A stretch of DNA of 64,000 bases, taken from NCBI GenBank assembly GCA_965223855.1, contig CBDCXM010000002.1, positions 192,001 to 256,000 on the forward strand. Reading direction: 5' to 3'. Below, one piece after another: positions 28,661 to 40,256 of this stretch (position 1 is its first letter; each line of letters begins with the position of its first letter). A model generated the notes under the pieces. That model did not search any database and had not been told where the DNA came from. It saw nothing but the letters and a program-made list of their open reading frames with translations. A program made the translations under genes and the position numbers. The stretch comes from Candidatus Multivoradales bacterium (GTDB lineage Bacteria > Acidobacteriota > Thermoanaerobaculia > Multivoradales > JAHEKO01).

Positions 28661-31147
28661 TCAGCCGTCCGCCCAGGCTCGCTCGACGAGACTCCAGTCT
28701 TCGATGTCGTCGGGCATCCGCTCGCCGTCCTTGGGCAGATAGAAGGCTCGCTGCTGGAACCACGGCAGGCGGGCGATGCGCGCCCACTTGAGGTCGTAGT
28801 GCTGGGCCGGTTCGGTCCCGGTGAGGAACGCCTCGTCGACGATCTGCTCGGCGCCGGCTCCGGGCAGCAGCCCGGTGCGGTGCTCGATCGGCGCGAAGGA
28901 GATGCCGGCGGGAACCGCGAACCGCTCTCCCTTGGCGATCCACCCCTCCTCGAGCCCCGCCTCGACGAACGCCTGCCAGATCGGCAGCGCCGCCTCGGCT
29001 CCCGTCATGTTGGTGCCGATCCGTCGTTTCTGATCGTGGCCGACCCAGGTGACGATGGTGTAGCGCGGTGTGAAGCCGGCGAACCAGGCGTCGGTGAAGT
29101 CGTCGGTCGTGCCGGTCTTGCCCGCCAGATCGACGTCGAGGTTGCGCATCCGCTTGCCTGTGCCGCGATCGACGACCCCTTCGAGTATGTGGGTCAGCAG
29201 GTAGGCGATCTGCGGCTCCATCGCCTTGCTCGCCTGGGGGACGTGCTGTTCGAGGACGACATCGTTGCGATCGGTCACCCGCTCGATGAGGTAGGGCTCG
29301 AGCGCGATCCCCTGGTTGGCGATCGCCGCATACGCGGCGGCAACCTGCATCGGGCTGAGATCGGTCACGCCGAGGGCGAGCGATGCATACGGCTGGAGCT
29401 CCGCGTCGACGCCACAGCGGCGGGCGAAGTCGATCACCCGGTCACCGCCGATCAGGTCCTGTAGCTTGACCGCCGTTACGTTGTAGGAGAGTTCCAGCGC
29501 CTGGCGCAGAGTCGAGATGCCGTGGTACTCGCGGTAGAAGTTGCGCGGGCTGTAGCTCATCTGCCGGGTTGCGCCTGCGAAGACGACGGGGGCGTCGAAG
29601 ATGGTGTCGGCCGGCGTGAAGCCGGACTCTAGCGCGGCGCCGTAGACGAAAGGCTTGAAAGCCGAGCCGGTCTGGCGCTTCGCCTGGGTGGCGCGGTTGA
29701 ACTGCGTGCGACCGAAGTCCCACCCGCCGACCATCGCCCGCACGGCTCCGGTCGCCGACTCGATCACCACCGTCGCCGCCTCGAGATTCGGTTGCCGTTG
29801 CAGCTGGAGCACCGCCGGGGCCGCCCCTTCGGCGGACTCGAGGAGCGAGAACCAGCCGAGGTTCCCTCGCTCGACGACGTCGGACACGCGCGAGCGGCCG
29901 GTCCACTCGACTCCGGGCCGCGTCAGCTCGAAGGTGAAGGCTCCGGCCCGGACCGTCGCCGACTCGGGGGTCGCGTCGAGCACGAGTCCGCGAAACCAAT
30001 CGCCACCGGTGGGGTCGAGGCGGCTCCAGGTCGGATGTTCGTAGGTCTCGATCTCCGCCTCGGGAATGCTCTCCTCGACTCCGCGCCACCGCCGCAGACG
30101 CCGGTCGAGGGCGATGAGATGGTCGCGAGTCGCCTTCTCGGCGGCGCGCTGAAGGCGCGGATCGACCGTCGTCTCGACCTGCAGGCCGCGCTGCAGCAGC
30201 CGTTCGCTGCCGTAGCGCGCCTCCAGATCCCGCCGTATCTCCTCGGCGAAGAACGGCGCCACCTGCTCGCGGGCACGCCGCGGGAGCACCTCGAGCGGCG
30301 ACTGCTCCGCGATCGCGTGCTGCTCGGCAGTGAGGAAACCCTCTTCCAGCATCCGCCGCAGGACGTAGTTGCGCCGCTTCACCACCAGGTCGGGCCGGTT
30401 GTACGGGCTGTACGAGCTCGGCCGCTGGAGGATGCCGGCGAGGGTCGCCGCTTCGGTGGCGTCGAGCTCCGGCGCCCCCTTGCCGAAGAAGTCGCGCGCC
30501 GCGGCCTCGAAGCCGTAGTTGCCGTGCCCGAGGTACATCAGGTTGGCGTAGAGGGTGAGGATCTGCGGCTTGCTGTAGTTCTTCTCGATCTCGACGGTGA
30601 GGAGGGCCTCCTCGATCTTGCGTCGCCAGGTCTTTTCCGGAGTCAGATAGAGCTTGCGAGCGAGCTGCATCGTCAGAGTCGATCCGCCGACGCGGCTTCC
30701 CTCGAGAACGTTCTTGATGACAGACCGGAGCACGCCCTGGGGATCGACTCCGCCATGCTCGAAGAAGTTTGCGTCCTCCGCGGCCAGAATCGCCTGCTGC
30801 ACGGTCTCGGGCACTTCGCCCTCGGGGATCAGCTCGCGGCGCTCCTGAGCGTAGGAGGCGAACTCCTCGCCCTCCCGGTCGTAGAAGCGCGAGATCACTC
30901 CGAGCGCGACCTCGTCGAGGGTGTCGACCCGAGGCATACGAATGACCGCTGCGAAGGCGACCCCGCCGAGCGCCCCGATGGCGAGCACCACGAGCGGCAG
31001 CCACAGCGCCCGCCGAACTCGGCCGTCGGGGCGACGCCACCAGGCGTCGTCGCGCTGCTGCACTCGCGGCTGAACTACAGGTCGCGTCGGAGTCTCGGCG
31101 GCCGCTGCCTCCGATGGCGACGGGCGATCTGCAGGAGCGTCGGACAT
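28661..31147 (-). CDS. Class A penicillin-binding protein 1A
   Basis: Transglycosylase EDANFFEHGG, GGSTLTMQL, RK..E. Transpeptidase SAFK, SYN, KTGT. N-terminal TM helix. Confidence 0.95.
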   Translation of the reverse strand: MSDAPADRPSPSEAAAAETPTRPVVQPRVQQRDDAWWRRPDGRVRRALWLPLVVLAIGALGGVAFAAVIRMPRVDTLDEVALGVISRFYDREGEEFASYAQERRELIPEGEVPETVQQAILAAEDANFFEHGGVDPQGVLRSVIKNVLEGSRVGGSTLTMQLARKLYLTPEKTWRRKIEEALLTVEIEKNYSKPQILTLYANLMYLGHGNYGFEAAARDFFGKGAPELDATEAATLAGILQRPSSYSPYNRPDLVVKRRNYVLRRMLEEGFLTAEQHAIAEQSPLEVLPRRAREQVAPFFAEEIRRDLEARYGSERLLQRGLQVETTVDPRLQRAAEKATRDHLIALDRRLRRWRGVEESIPEAEIETYEHPTWSRLDPTGGDWFRGLVLDATPESATVRAGAFTFELTRPGVEWTGRSRVSDVVERGNLGWFSLLESAEGAAPAVLQLQRQPNLEAATVVIESATGAVRAMVGGWDFGRTQFNRATQAKRQTGSAFKPFVYGAALESGFTPADTIFDAPVVFAGATRQMSYSPRNFYREYHGISTLRQALELSYNVTAVKLQDLIGGDRVIDFARRCGVDAELQPYASLALGVTDLSPMQVAAAYAAIANQGIALEPYLIERVTDRNDVVLEQHVPQASKAMEPQIAYLLTHILEGVVDRGTGKRMRNLDVDLAGKTGTTDDFTDAWFAGFTPRYTIVTWVGHDQKRRIGTNMTGAEAALPIWQAFVEAGLEEGWIAKGERFAVPAGISFAPIEHRTGLLPGAGAEQIVDEAFLTGTEPAQHYDLKWARIARLPWFQQRAFYLPKDGERMPDDIEDWSLVERAWADG

Positions 31148-31244
31148 GAGGCGATTATACGGGCGTCCGGTGGCCGCGATGCGTCGCCGCTGAAGGGCTC
31201 CAACGAGACGTTTTGTGCGGGTGGTATCGTCCTCGGGAAGCACG

Positions 31245-31700
31245 ATGAGCGAACCCCTGGAACCCCAGACCCCGTTCTCGCCCGAGGGGCCCAAGCGGGC
31301 CTCTCCCGGCTGCGGGCGGTGGGCCCTGATCGGCTGCGGCGGGCTCCTGCTGCTGCTGGCGATCGCCCTCGTCGCCTTCTTTCTCAACATCGAGAAGCTG
31401 ACGACCTGGAGCCTCGGGCTGTACGAGAGGCAGGTCATGGCGCGGCTGCCGGCCGACACGACCGACGACGAGGTGCGACGGATTCGCGACGGCTTCGCCG
31501 CCGTCAACCAGGCGGTCGCGGACAGGACGATCGACCCGATCGCGCTTCAGCGGTTGCCGCCCGTGGTGGCGCGGTTCGCCGGCCGCGAACGGCCGACCCG
31601 AGAAGACGTGGAGACCCTGATCGAGGTGCTCGAACAGGCATCGGGGATCGCCGACGTCTCGTCGACGCCGGGGCCAAGGCCCTGGCCGGCTTTCGCCTGA
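31245..31700 (+). CDS. Hypothetical single-TM protein
   Basis: [16 protein letters not shown] motif. Extended -10 TGGTATCGT at 31222-31230. Confidence 0.65.
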   Translation: MSEPLEPQTPFSPEGPKRASPGCGRWALIGCGGLLLLLAIALVAFFLNIEKLTTWSLGLYERQVMARLPADTTDDEVRRIRDGFAAVNQAVADRTIDPIALQRLPPVVARFAGRERPTREDVETLIEVLEQASGIADVSSTPGPRPWPAFA

Positions 31701-31710
31701 GTCGCCCGTC

Positions 31711-33702
<1,992 letters not shown>

Positions 33703-33773
33703 GCGGTTGTTCTCACACCTGCCGGACCGCGGACTTCGGCGAGGAAAGTGGCCCGCGACGAAAGGAAGCCGGG

Positions 33774-34295
33774 ATGTTCAACGAGTTCAAGAAGTTCATC
33801 ATGCGCGGCAACTTCGTCGATCTGGCGATCGGCTTCACCGTGGGGGCCGCGTTCACCACCGTCGTCAAGTCGGCGGTCAACGATCTCCTCATGCCGCCGA
33901 TCGGCATGGCGCTCGGGTCGGTGGAGTTCGAGGACTCCTTCTGGCTGCTGCGCGACGGCGATCCCGCTGCCCCCTACCGAACGCTCGAGGCGGCCCAGGA
34001 GGCGGGGGCGGTCACCGTCAACTACGGCGTCTTCGTCAACAACGTCATCTCGCTGCTGTTCGTCGGTCTGGCCCTCTTCGTGATCGTCCGCCTCGTCAAC
34101 CGGCTCGACAGCGCGATGGACGAAGTCATCGACCACGAGCCGGTGCCCGAGGGCGAGCCGGCGCACAAGAAGTGCCCCTACTGCCGCTCGCAGATCGCCT
34201 TTCGCGCCGTGCGGTGCCGCGAATGTACATCGAGACTCGAGGGGTTCGAGCAGGTGGCGCTCGAGACGGCGGGGCCGACGACCGAGGCGGGCTGA
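33774..34295 (+). CDS. mscL: Large-conductance mechanosensitive channel with a C-terminal Zn-ribbon
   Basis: EFKKFIMRGNFVDLAIG, NYG.F. Tail CPYC...CREC. Confidence 0.93.
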   Translation: MFNEFKKFIMRGNFVDLAIGFTVGAAFTTVVKSAVNDLLMPPIGMALGSVEFEDSFWLLRDGDPAAPYRTLEAAQEAGAVTVNYGVFVNNVISLLFVGLALFVIVRLVNRLDSAMDEVIDHEPVPEGEPAHKKCPYCRSQIAFRAVRCRECTSRLEGFEQVALETAGPTTEAG

Positions 34296-34361
34296 CCCGG
34301 CGGCTCCTCGATCGCGGAGAAGGCCCCCGGTGGCTGTTCGAGCAGTCGGTGTGAAGGGACT

Positions 34362-34547
34362 CGGGTAGGGAAGAGGCCCCGGGCACGTTTCTCTCGGAGT
34401 CTTCGGGCAAGCCCGGGTAGTTCGAATTTGGGACGTCGCGAGAGGAGGCCTTGCTCCAGCGGCCCGCTCCGGTCGCATGTCTCGCGGAGGGTCGGTCGTG
34501 CAGGAGTGGGGTCGGAGCGAGGCTCGTGGCGGCTCTTGCCCTACCTG
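34362..34547. repeat. Long imperfect inverted repeat with GGTAGG/CCTACC ends
   Basis: CGGGTAGGGAAGAGG pairs with GCTCTTGCCCTACCTG. Further nested pairs such as CGCGAGA/TCTCGCG. Confidence 0.5.
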
Positions 34548-34700
34548 GAAAGCGTGCGTGGCGGGCCTGCCAACGGTTCATGAACGCCTGGGACCTCGGC
34601 GATTCCTCCGTCAGCGTAGATCGTCAAGGCGTTCGGCAGCACCGAGGACGGACGGCGGCTCCGCACTCGACCACTCACTCGGTCTCGTAGAATCGATCTC

Positions 34701-35666
34701 GTGAGTTCACTAAAGGGCAATATGTCGGGGCGCAGGCGTGGCCGCGTTCGCGGAGGCCTGCTTCTGGCGCTGGCGGTTGCCGCTCTGATCGCCGCGAGTC
34801 CCGGGACCGTCGTCGCCGCCTGGGAAAGGGTCGTCCGGTTTTTCTCCGTCAGCGGCGACCCCATCCCCACGGGCCCGCCCGTCCTGTCGGACCACGAGAT
34901 CGAGCGGATCGCGGAGATGGAGCCACAGCAGCAGGCCGAGACGCTCCTGAAGCGGTCGATTCACGGGTTCGCCGGAGCGCGAGAGCTTCTCGAAGCGGAG
35001 CTGCCGAACTGGCTCGGTGCGATCGAGATGACCCCCGAGCTTCGGAACGTCTACTGGATGGCGATGAACGCCCCGAATCTCAGGACGAGGGCCGCGGGGA
35101 TCGAGGTCTACCTGGCGGCCTACCGGTACGCGAAGACGACCGAAGAGATCGACGTGCTGATCGACCGGATCGAGGACTCCCCGGAGGGCCGTCCGAGTCG
35201 TCTCTCCGTGCTCGGGCTCCTGGCGAACCGCGGGGTCGAGCCGGACCGGGCGTTCGAGACGCTGAGCGCATTCGTTGGGTCCGGCACTCGCGACGAACGC
35301 TACTGGGCGGTCCAGGGACTCGCCTACTCGGGCGACGTGCGCCAGATCCCGGTGCTGCTCGAGGTCTTCCGCAGCGATCCGGATCCGACCGTCCGGGAGC
35401 GCGCGGCCTGCAATCTTGCCCAATCGGGGATGCTGCAATGGGCTGATCGATGGAAGAGCCTGCCCGGCTTGCTCGCCATGGCCGAGGATTCCGGGATCGT
35501 CGACCCGACGCGCAAGTGGGTCTTCCAGGCACTTCGGGACATCACCGGAGAGAGCTTCCAGCGGGACGCATCGCGATGGCGCGAGTGGTGGGAGAACGGA
35601 GGTCGCGAGCAGCGGCCGGAGGGTCGGGCGGGCGAAAGGGCTGGACCAACATTGGGACGGGCGTAG
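34701..35666 (+). CDS. HEAT-repeat protein with N-terminal membrane anchor or signal
   Basis: ERYWAVQGLAY, DPDPTVRERAACNLAQSG, ALRDITG..F..D...W..WW. Confidence 0.75.
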   Translation: MSSLKGNMSGRRRGRVRGGLLLALAVAALIAASPGTVVAAWERVVRFFSVSGDPIPTGPPVLSDHEIERIAEMEPQQQAETLLKRSIHGFAGARELLEAELPNWLGAIEMTPELRNVYWMAMNAPNLRTRAAGIEVYLAAYRYAKTTEEIDVLIDRIEDSPEGRPSRLSVLGLLANRGVEPDRAFETLSAFVGSGTRDERYWAVQGLAYSGDVRQIPVLLEVFRSDPDPTVRERAACNLAQSGMLQWADRWKSLPGLLAMAEDSGIVDPTRKWVFQALRDITGESFQRDASRWREWWENGGREQRPEGRAGERAGPTLGRA

Positions 35667-35767
35667 CGAGACGAACCGACTCAGGCCGGAGGACCGAGGG
35701 CGTGGCGTGCCGAGGCGCTCGACGACGGCGCCAGGGACGAGGCCGCGATCGTCGGGGAGAAGGATCT

Positions 35768-35880
35768 CCGGGCAGGACGAGACGCAAGCCGGGAAACTCC
35801 CGGCTCGCTGAGCTGCCGCGGCCAACCCGATGGGCGCGGCAGCTGCCCACCCGTCTCCCAAGTTCTTCCTGCCTACCCGG
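35768..35880. repeat. Branched palindromic structure between convergent genes
   Basis: Outer stem GGCAGGA/TCCTGCC, then GAGACG/CGTCTC enclosing two hairpins (AGCCGGG/CCCGGCT and AGCTGCCGCG/CGCGGCAGCT). The 3' arm ends in CCTACCCGG. Confidence 0.5.
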
Positions 35881-35931
35881 ACAGCGACGGTAGCGCTCAG
35901 GGAGAGGTTCGGGTGCCGATCCCGCCGTCCT

Positions 35932-37047
35932 TCAACCTCCGGCCGACAACGTCAGCAACGGCGCCGCGCTCGACGGCTCGGACTGCAGGGAGAAGAGGTA
36001 TTTCAGCAGCCCGAAGCTGGTCTTCGAGTTGAGGTCGCTGTCGTCGAGGTAGAACCAGTGGCCGCGGTAGAGGACCTTGACGAAGGCGTTGGTCGGCATG
36101 TCGGGCGACGTGTGGACCCGGAGCAGTCTGCCGGAGAGTTCGTCCCAGTCGAAGCGGCTGCCGTCGGTGTGGCGGGTGACGGTGACCCAGCCGGCTTCTT
36201 CGTGGGCGGATGGGACTTCGACCGATTGTGAAAGGAAGAACAGCGTGCCCATCAGCGAGCGGCCGACGACTCCGATCTCGCTCTCCCCGCGATCGAGGAC
36301 GGCGTCGCTGATCTCGAACTCGGAAGCGCCGGTAGGCAGCTCGAGAAGCTCCCGAAGTCGCCGCAGCTTGCTCTCGAGCCCTTCGTAGCCCGCGGTCGAG
36401 GTGTGAGGAAGGAACGACAGCACGACCCGCTGCCCGCCCTCTCCGGCAGCGGAGCGCCGTCGGATCGTCGCCTGGATCCAGCCGGCGACCTGGAGCTCCC
36501 GCAGCAGCGCGCTCGCCTCCTGGAACTCGCGGTAGTGCGGCGGCTCGTAGGACGGCGTCGGCCCCGCGGCGCTCGGGGCGTTGCGCAGTCCGTTGATCTG
36601 ATGGACACAGCACAACATCAGCCGCTCGATGCTCCAGCCCGACTGGGACAGCAACGTCAGCACCCGGGGCTCGAACGGCGCCAGCACCCGCTGGGCGAAG
36701 GCGGTGCCGTGGAGCGGGGTGTAGGAGATCGTCGGCGTCTCGGTGTAGGCGACACCAAGCGACGCTCCGGCACTGTCGCCGCCGGCGCCAAGATCGAAGT
36801 CGCCGCCGGCCCCCGCCGCCGCCTCGAACGTGAGCTGGGTGGTGACGCCGGCAACCTCGAGGAACTGCGGGTTGTCGCGATAGCGCAGCCTCACGAGGTT
36901 GAGGAGCATCTGCTCGTTCCACGAGCGTGAGATCGCCTCGTTGTAGCTGATCCGCGCCCCGGGCAACGACTTCGGCCCCAGGTGGGCTCCGCAGCCCGCC
37001 AGGGCGAGCGGTATCAGGATGAGGGTGAGTCGTCGGATCTTCGTCAC
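35932..37047 (-). CDS. Conserved hypothetical lipoprotein
   Basis: AAAGGA SD, GTG start, lipobox LAGC. YNEAI..SW.EQ.LLN.VRLRY.D, PTISYTPL.G, YRGHWFY.DD.D..SK. Confidence 0.75.
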   Translation of the reverse strand: MTKIRRLTLILIPLALAGCGAHLGPKSLPGARISYNEAISRSWNEQMLLNLVRLRYRDNPQFLEVAGVTTQLTFEAAAGAGGDFDLGAGGDSAGASLGVAYTETPTISYTPLHGTAFAQRVLAPFEPRVLTLLSQSGWSIERLMLCCVHQINGLRNAPSAAGPTPSYEPPHYREFQEASALLRELQVAGWIQATIRRRSAAGEGGQRVVLSFLPHTSTAGYEGLESKLRRLRELLELPTGASEFEISDAVLDRGESEIGVVGRSLMGTLFFLSQSVEVPSAHEEAGWVTVTRHTDGSRFDWDELSGRLLRVHTSPDMPTNAFVKVLYRGHWFYLDDSDLNSKTSFGLLKYLFSLQSEPSSAAPLLTLSAGG

Positions 37048-37208
37048 TTTTGGTCCTTTCGGGCAGGCGGGACGGCTGCTCTGGAACTCGCGAGCATGAG
37101 CTCCTCGAAGCCTCAGGCGTCGTACGGCTCGATTTGTCACCCGATGCTGGTCTCTGCCGGGAGAAGGTGCAAGTGCCTGGCACCCCCCGAGGGTGGCGGG
37201 TCCAGGCG

Positions 37209-37904
37209 TTACGGTGTGGGCTGGTCGTTGCTGAAGGCGTCGCTGCGCGGATCCCAGAACGGATCGTCGAGGCCCAGATCGGCGAAGATCGCCACCATCT
37301 CGGCAGGATCGGGACGGCGGCTGTCGGGCTGCAACCGGGTCGAGTACCAGGTTTCGGCCAGGTGCCAGAGCTGATCCATCGTGACCAGCGGGCGCTTCGG
37401 GTGATTCCCCGCTGTGCACCATTCGACGACCGCCTCCTCCGACCGGAAGAAGAGCATGTTGTGTCAGGTGAAGACGAGGTCGTCCCACCAGTGCGCGGCC
37501 GGGACGAGGCAGTGGAACAGCCAGTCGCTCGGCGGAGGGCCGTCGGCACCGACCTCGAGAGACAGAGGCTCGAGCGTCTGCTCGCAGCGCGAGCGCACCG
37601 AGCAGGATTGCTGCAGCGCCGCCGGGATGCCGAGCGCGTCCCAGGCACAGTTGGCGAAGTAACGGCGGTCCGCGGACTCGACGAAGTGCTGGGTCTCGGC
37701 GGCGGAGAACGGGGGTGCCATGCGAATGCGACGACCGCCGGCCTCGAGGTAGAGCACTCTGGCCACCCGGAGTCGACCGAATCCGGCGACGACGTCGTCC
37801 TCCACGACGCCGAGCTGCGAGGCGAGTTGGCGCGGGGTGGGTGCGTCGCCGGTGTCGGCGAAGTGCCGGTAGACGGCCAGCTTGAGATCGAGGTCGAAGC
37901 TCAT
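37209..37904 (-). CDS. Organomercurial lyase MerB-like protein, candidate selenoprotein (in-frame TGA at 37464-37466)
   Basis: N-terminal wHTH, MAPPFS..T.H, NCAWDALG (Cys96/Asp99 equivalent), then WWDDLVFT-TGA-HNMLFFRSEE continuing in frame into ORF 37209-37457. Confidence 0.85.
37433..37452 (-). promoter_or_regulatory. Putative bacterial SECIS for the MerB-like gene
   Basis: CUUCUUCC[GGUC]GGAGGAGG: an 8-bp stem with a G-starting tetraloop 19 nt after the UGA. Confidence 0.6.
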
Positions 37905-38341
37905 CGGGAGCCTCGTCGTGCGAGGGTCGTGAGAACCGCGCCGTAGGAGACGACGACCGCTCCCTCCCACGCCGTCCAGAGGGTCGGCATGCCGGCGCGC
38001 AGGTCGATGACGAACAGAGTCGCTCCCAGCAGGCCGAACGCCGCTCCGATGTAGAGGATCACTGTGCGGAGCCGCTCGATGTCGCCGGCGACCACCCAAA
38101 GCAGGCCGCCGAGCAGCGCGTAGAGGGCCGAGCTCGAACGCGCGAGGTAGTCGGCGATCGGCAGGTCGGGGTAGGCACCGATGCCGAGCCGGTCGTGGAT
38201 CGCCCGGAACCACGACGTCGGTGCCCAGACGAAGATCAACGCAGTCAGAGAGAGGGTGCCGATGGCCCGCAGCACGAAGGCGAGCAGGCGGTCGCTGCCG
38301 GCCGTGCTGGGTGTGCGAGTGTGTGCAGGATCTTCGTTCAC
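37901..38341 (-). CDS. Small 4-TM membrane protein, translationally coupled to the MerB-like gene
   Basis: Hydrophobic helices and YLARSSSALY. Its TGA overlaps the MerB-like ATG (ATGA). Confidence 0.7.
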   Translation of the reverse strand: MNEDPAHTRTPSTAGSDRLLAFVLRAIGTLSLTALIFVWAPTSWFRAIHDRLGIGAYPDLPIADYLARSSSALYALLGGLLWVVAGDIERLRTVILYIGAAFGLLGATLFVIDLRAGMPTLWTAWEGAVVVSYGAVLTTLARRGSR

Positions 38342-38438
38342 CGGTGGCTCCGACGGACGGGAGGGTAGCAGGCGCGCGCCGGAGGCGACCTTCTCCCGAC
38401 GATGGCCGGTGGGTCGATAAGCTCGCCGCCGCCACGCC

Positions 38439-40256
38439 ATGCGACCGGAACTGATCGAGCAGACTCGCCGCCTCCCGGACAAGCCCGGGATCTACGTCTT
38501 TCGCGATGCCGAGGGGCGGCCGCTCTACGTCGGCAAGGCGAAGTCGCTGCGCAAGCGGGTCGCCAGCTACCGGCGGCGCGCGGACGACCTGCGCCTCGCG
38601 ACGATGGTCGCCGAGGCGTCCGAGGTCGAGACGGTCGTTACCGGCTCCGAGGCCGAGGCGCTGCTGCTCGAGAACAACTGGATCAAGAAGCATCGGCCGC
38701 GTTACAACGTGCTGCTGCGCGACGACAAGACCTACCCCTACGTGAAGCTGACGATGCGAGACGGCTACCCTCGGATCACCTTCACCCGCCGCATCCGCCG
38801 TGACGGCGCCGAGTACTTCGGTCCTTTCCTCCCGGGCGGCCTGGCGCGCCGGGCGATCAAGCTGACGCAGAAGCTCTTCGGCATCCGGGTCTGCACGATC
38901 GAGATCGACGGTTCGTTGCCGCGCCCGTGCCTCTACTACGACATGAAACGCTGCTTGGGCCCGTGCGTCGACGGGCTGACGACGCAGGACGCCTACGACG
39001 CGGCGGTCGAGGACGCGCGGCTCTTCCTCGGCGGCCGGACGCAGGAGCTGACCGCCCGCCTCAAGCGCGAGATGAAGGCCGCCTCCGAAGCCCTCGAGTT
39101 CGAGCAGGCGGCGCGCCTGCGCGACACGCTTCTCGACATCGACTCGGTGACCCAGCGACGCAGCCTCGCCTCGCTGTCGGGAGAGGACGTCGACATCTAC
39201 GGCTGCCATCTGGCCGGCGGCAATGCGGCGGTCACCGTGCTGGTGATGCGGGGCGGCCGGGTGCTCGATCGTCGCGAGCTGTTCTGGGAGCGGCGCCCCG
39301 ACCTGACCGCTGAGCGCCTGCTGTCCGAACTGCTGCCGCAGGTCTACGAGCGGACCACCTTCATCCCCAAGGAGATCCACCTGCCGGTGGCGATCGACGG
39401 TGGTGACGCGCTGCTCGACTGGTTGAGTGAACGCAAGGGCGAGAAGGTCTACCTGCGCTGGCCGGTGCGCGGCAGCAAGGCGCAGCGGCTCGGGATTGCG
39501 CGCCGCAACGCCGAGCTCGCCCATCGACGTCGCTTTCGCACCGACCTTAACGAGATGCGGGGCGCCGAGGCGCTGGCGAAGGCGCTCCGGCTGCCGGAGC
39601 CGCCGCAGCGCATCGAAGGAATCGACATCTCCAACCTTCAGGGGACGGAGATGGTCGGCTCGCTGGTCGTGTGGGAGGGGGGGCGGATCCTGAAGAAGGA
39701 CTACCGCAGTTTCAACATCTCGAACCTCTCCGGGCAGGACGACTTCGCGGCGATCGCGCAGGTGGTGCGGCGGCGGTACACGCGGGTGCTCGAAGAAGTC
39801 GGCTCGATGCCCGACCTGGTGCTGATCGACGGCGGTCGGGGGCAGCTCAACGCCGCGCTCGAGGCGCTCGCCGAGCTGGGCGTCGAGGAGACGCCGATCG
39901 TCGCCCTTGCCAAGAAAGAGGAGGAGCTCTACCTGCCGGCAACGCCGGAACCGCTGCGGCTCGCGCGCTCGAACGCCGGTCTCAAGCTGCTGCAGCAGGT
40001 GCGCGACGAGGCGCACCGCTTCGCCGTCGATCGCCATCGCAGGCGCCGCTCCCGCACCGCCCTGACTTCGCGCCTCGACGGGCTGCCGGGGATCGGCAGC
40101 TACCGGCGCAAGGCGCTGCTGAAGCGCTTCGGCAGCGTCGAAGGGGTCCGGCAGGCGTCGCTGGCACAGCTGCAGGATCTCGTCGGGCCGGTGCTCGGTC
40201 ACCGGGTCTTCACACTGCTGCGGGCCGAGGAGGAGAGTCGCGATGCCGACGCCTGA
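38439..40256 (+). CDS. uvrC: Excinuclease ABC subunit C
   Basis: GIY-YIG (PGIY..LYVGKAKSLRKRV), Cys cluster, RIEGIDISN, DGGRGQ, RDEAHRFA, HhH. Confidence 0.97.
   Translation: MRPELIEQTRRLPDKPGIYVFRDAEGRPLYVGKAKSLRKRVASYRRRADDLRLATMVAEASEVETVVTGSEAEALLLENNWIKKHRPRYNVLLRDDKTYPYVKLTMRDGYPRITFTRRIRRDGAEYFGPFLPGGLARRAIKLTQKLFGIRVCTIEIDGSLPRPCLYYDMKRCLGPCVDGLTTQDAYDAAVEDARLFLGGRTQELTARLKREMKAASEALEFEQAARLRDTLLDIDSVTQRRSLASLSGEDVDIYGCHLAGGNAAVTVLVMRGGRVLDRRELFWERRPDLTAERLLSELLPQVYERTTFIPKEIHLPVAIDGGDALLDWLSERKGEKVYLRWPVRGSKAQRLGIARRNAELAHRRRFRTDLNEMRGAEALAKALRLPEPPQRIEGIDISNLQGTEMVGSLVVWEGGRILKKDYRSFNISNLSGQDDFAAIAQVVRRRYTRVLEEVGSMPDLVLIDGGRGQLNAALEALAELGVEETPIVALAKKEEELYLPATPEPLRLARSNAGLKLLQQVRDEAHRFAVDRHRRRRSRTALTSRLDGLPGIGSYRRKALLKRFGSVEGVRQASLAQLQDLVGPVLGHRVFTLLRAEEESRDADA

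Noticed and set aside
37464-40202. 912-aa minus-strand ORF
   Set aside because: Mostly the antisense shadow of uvrC. Only the last ~146 codons (from ATG 37904) are the real MerB-like gene.
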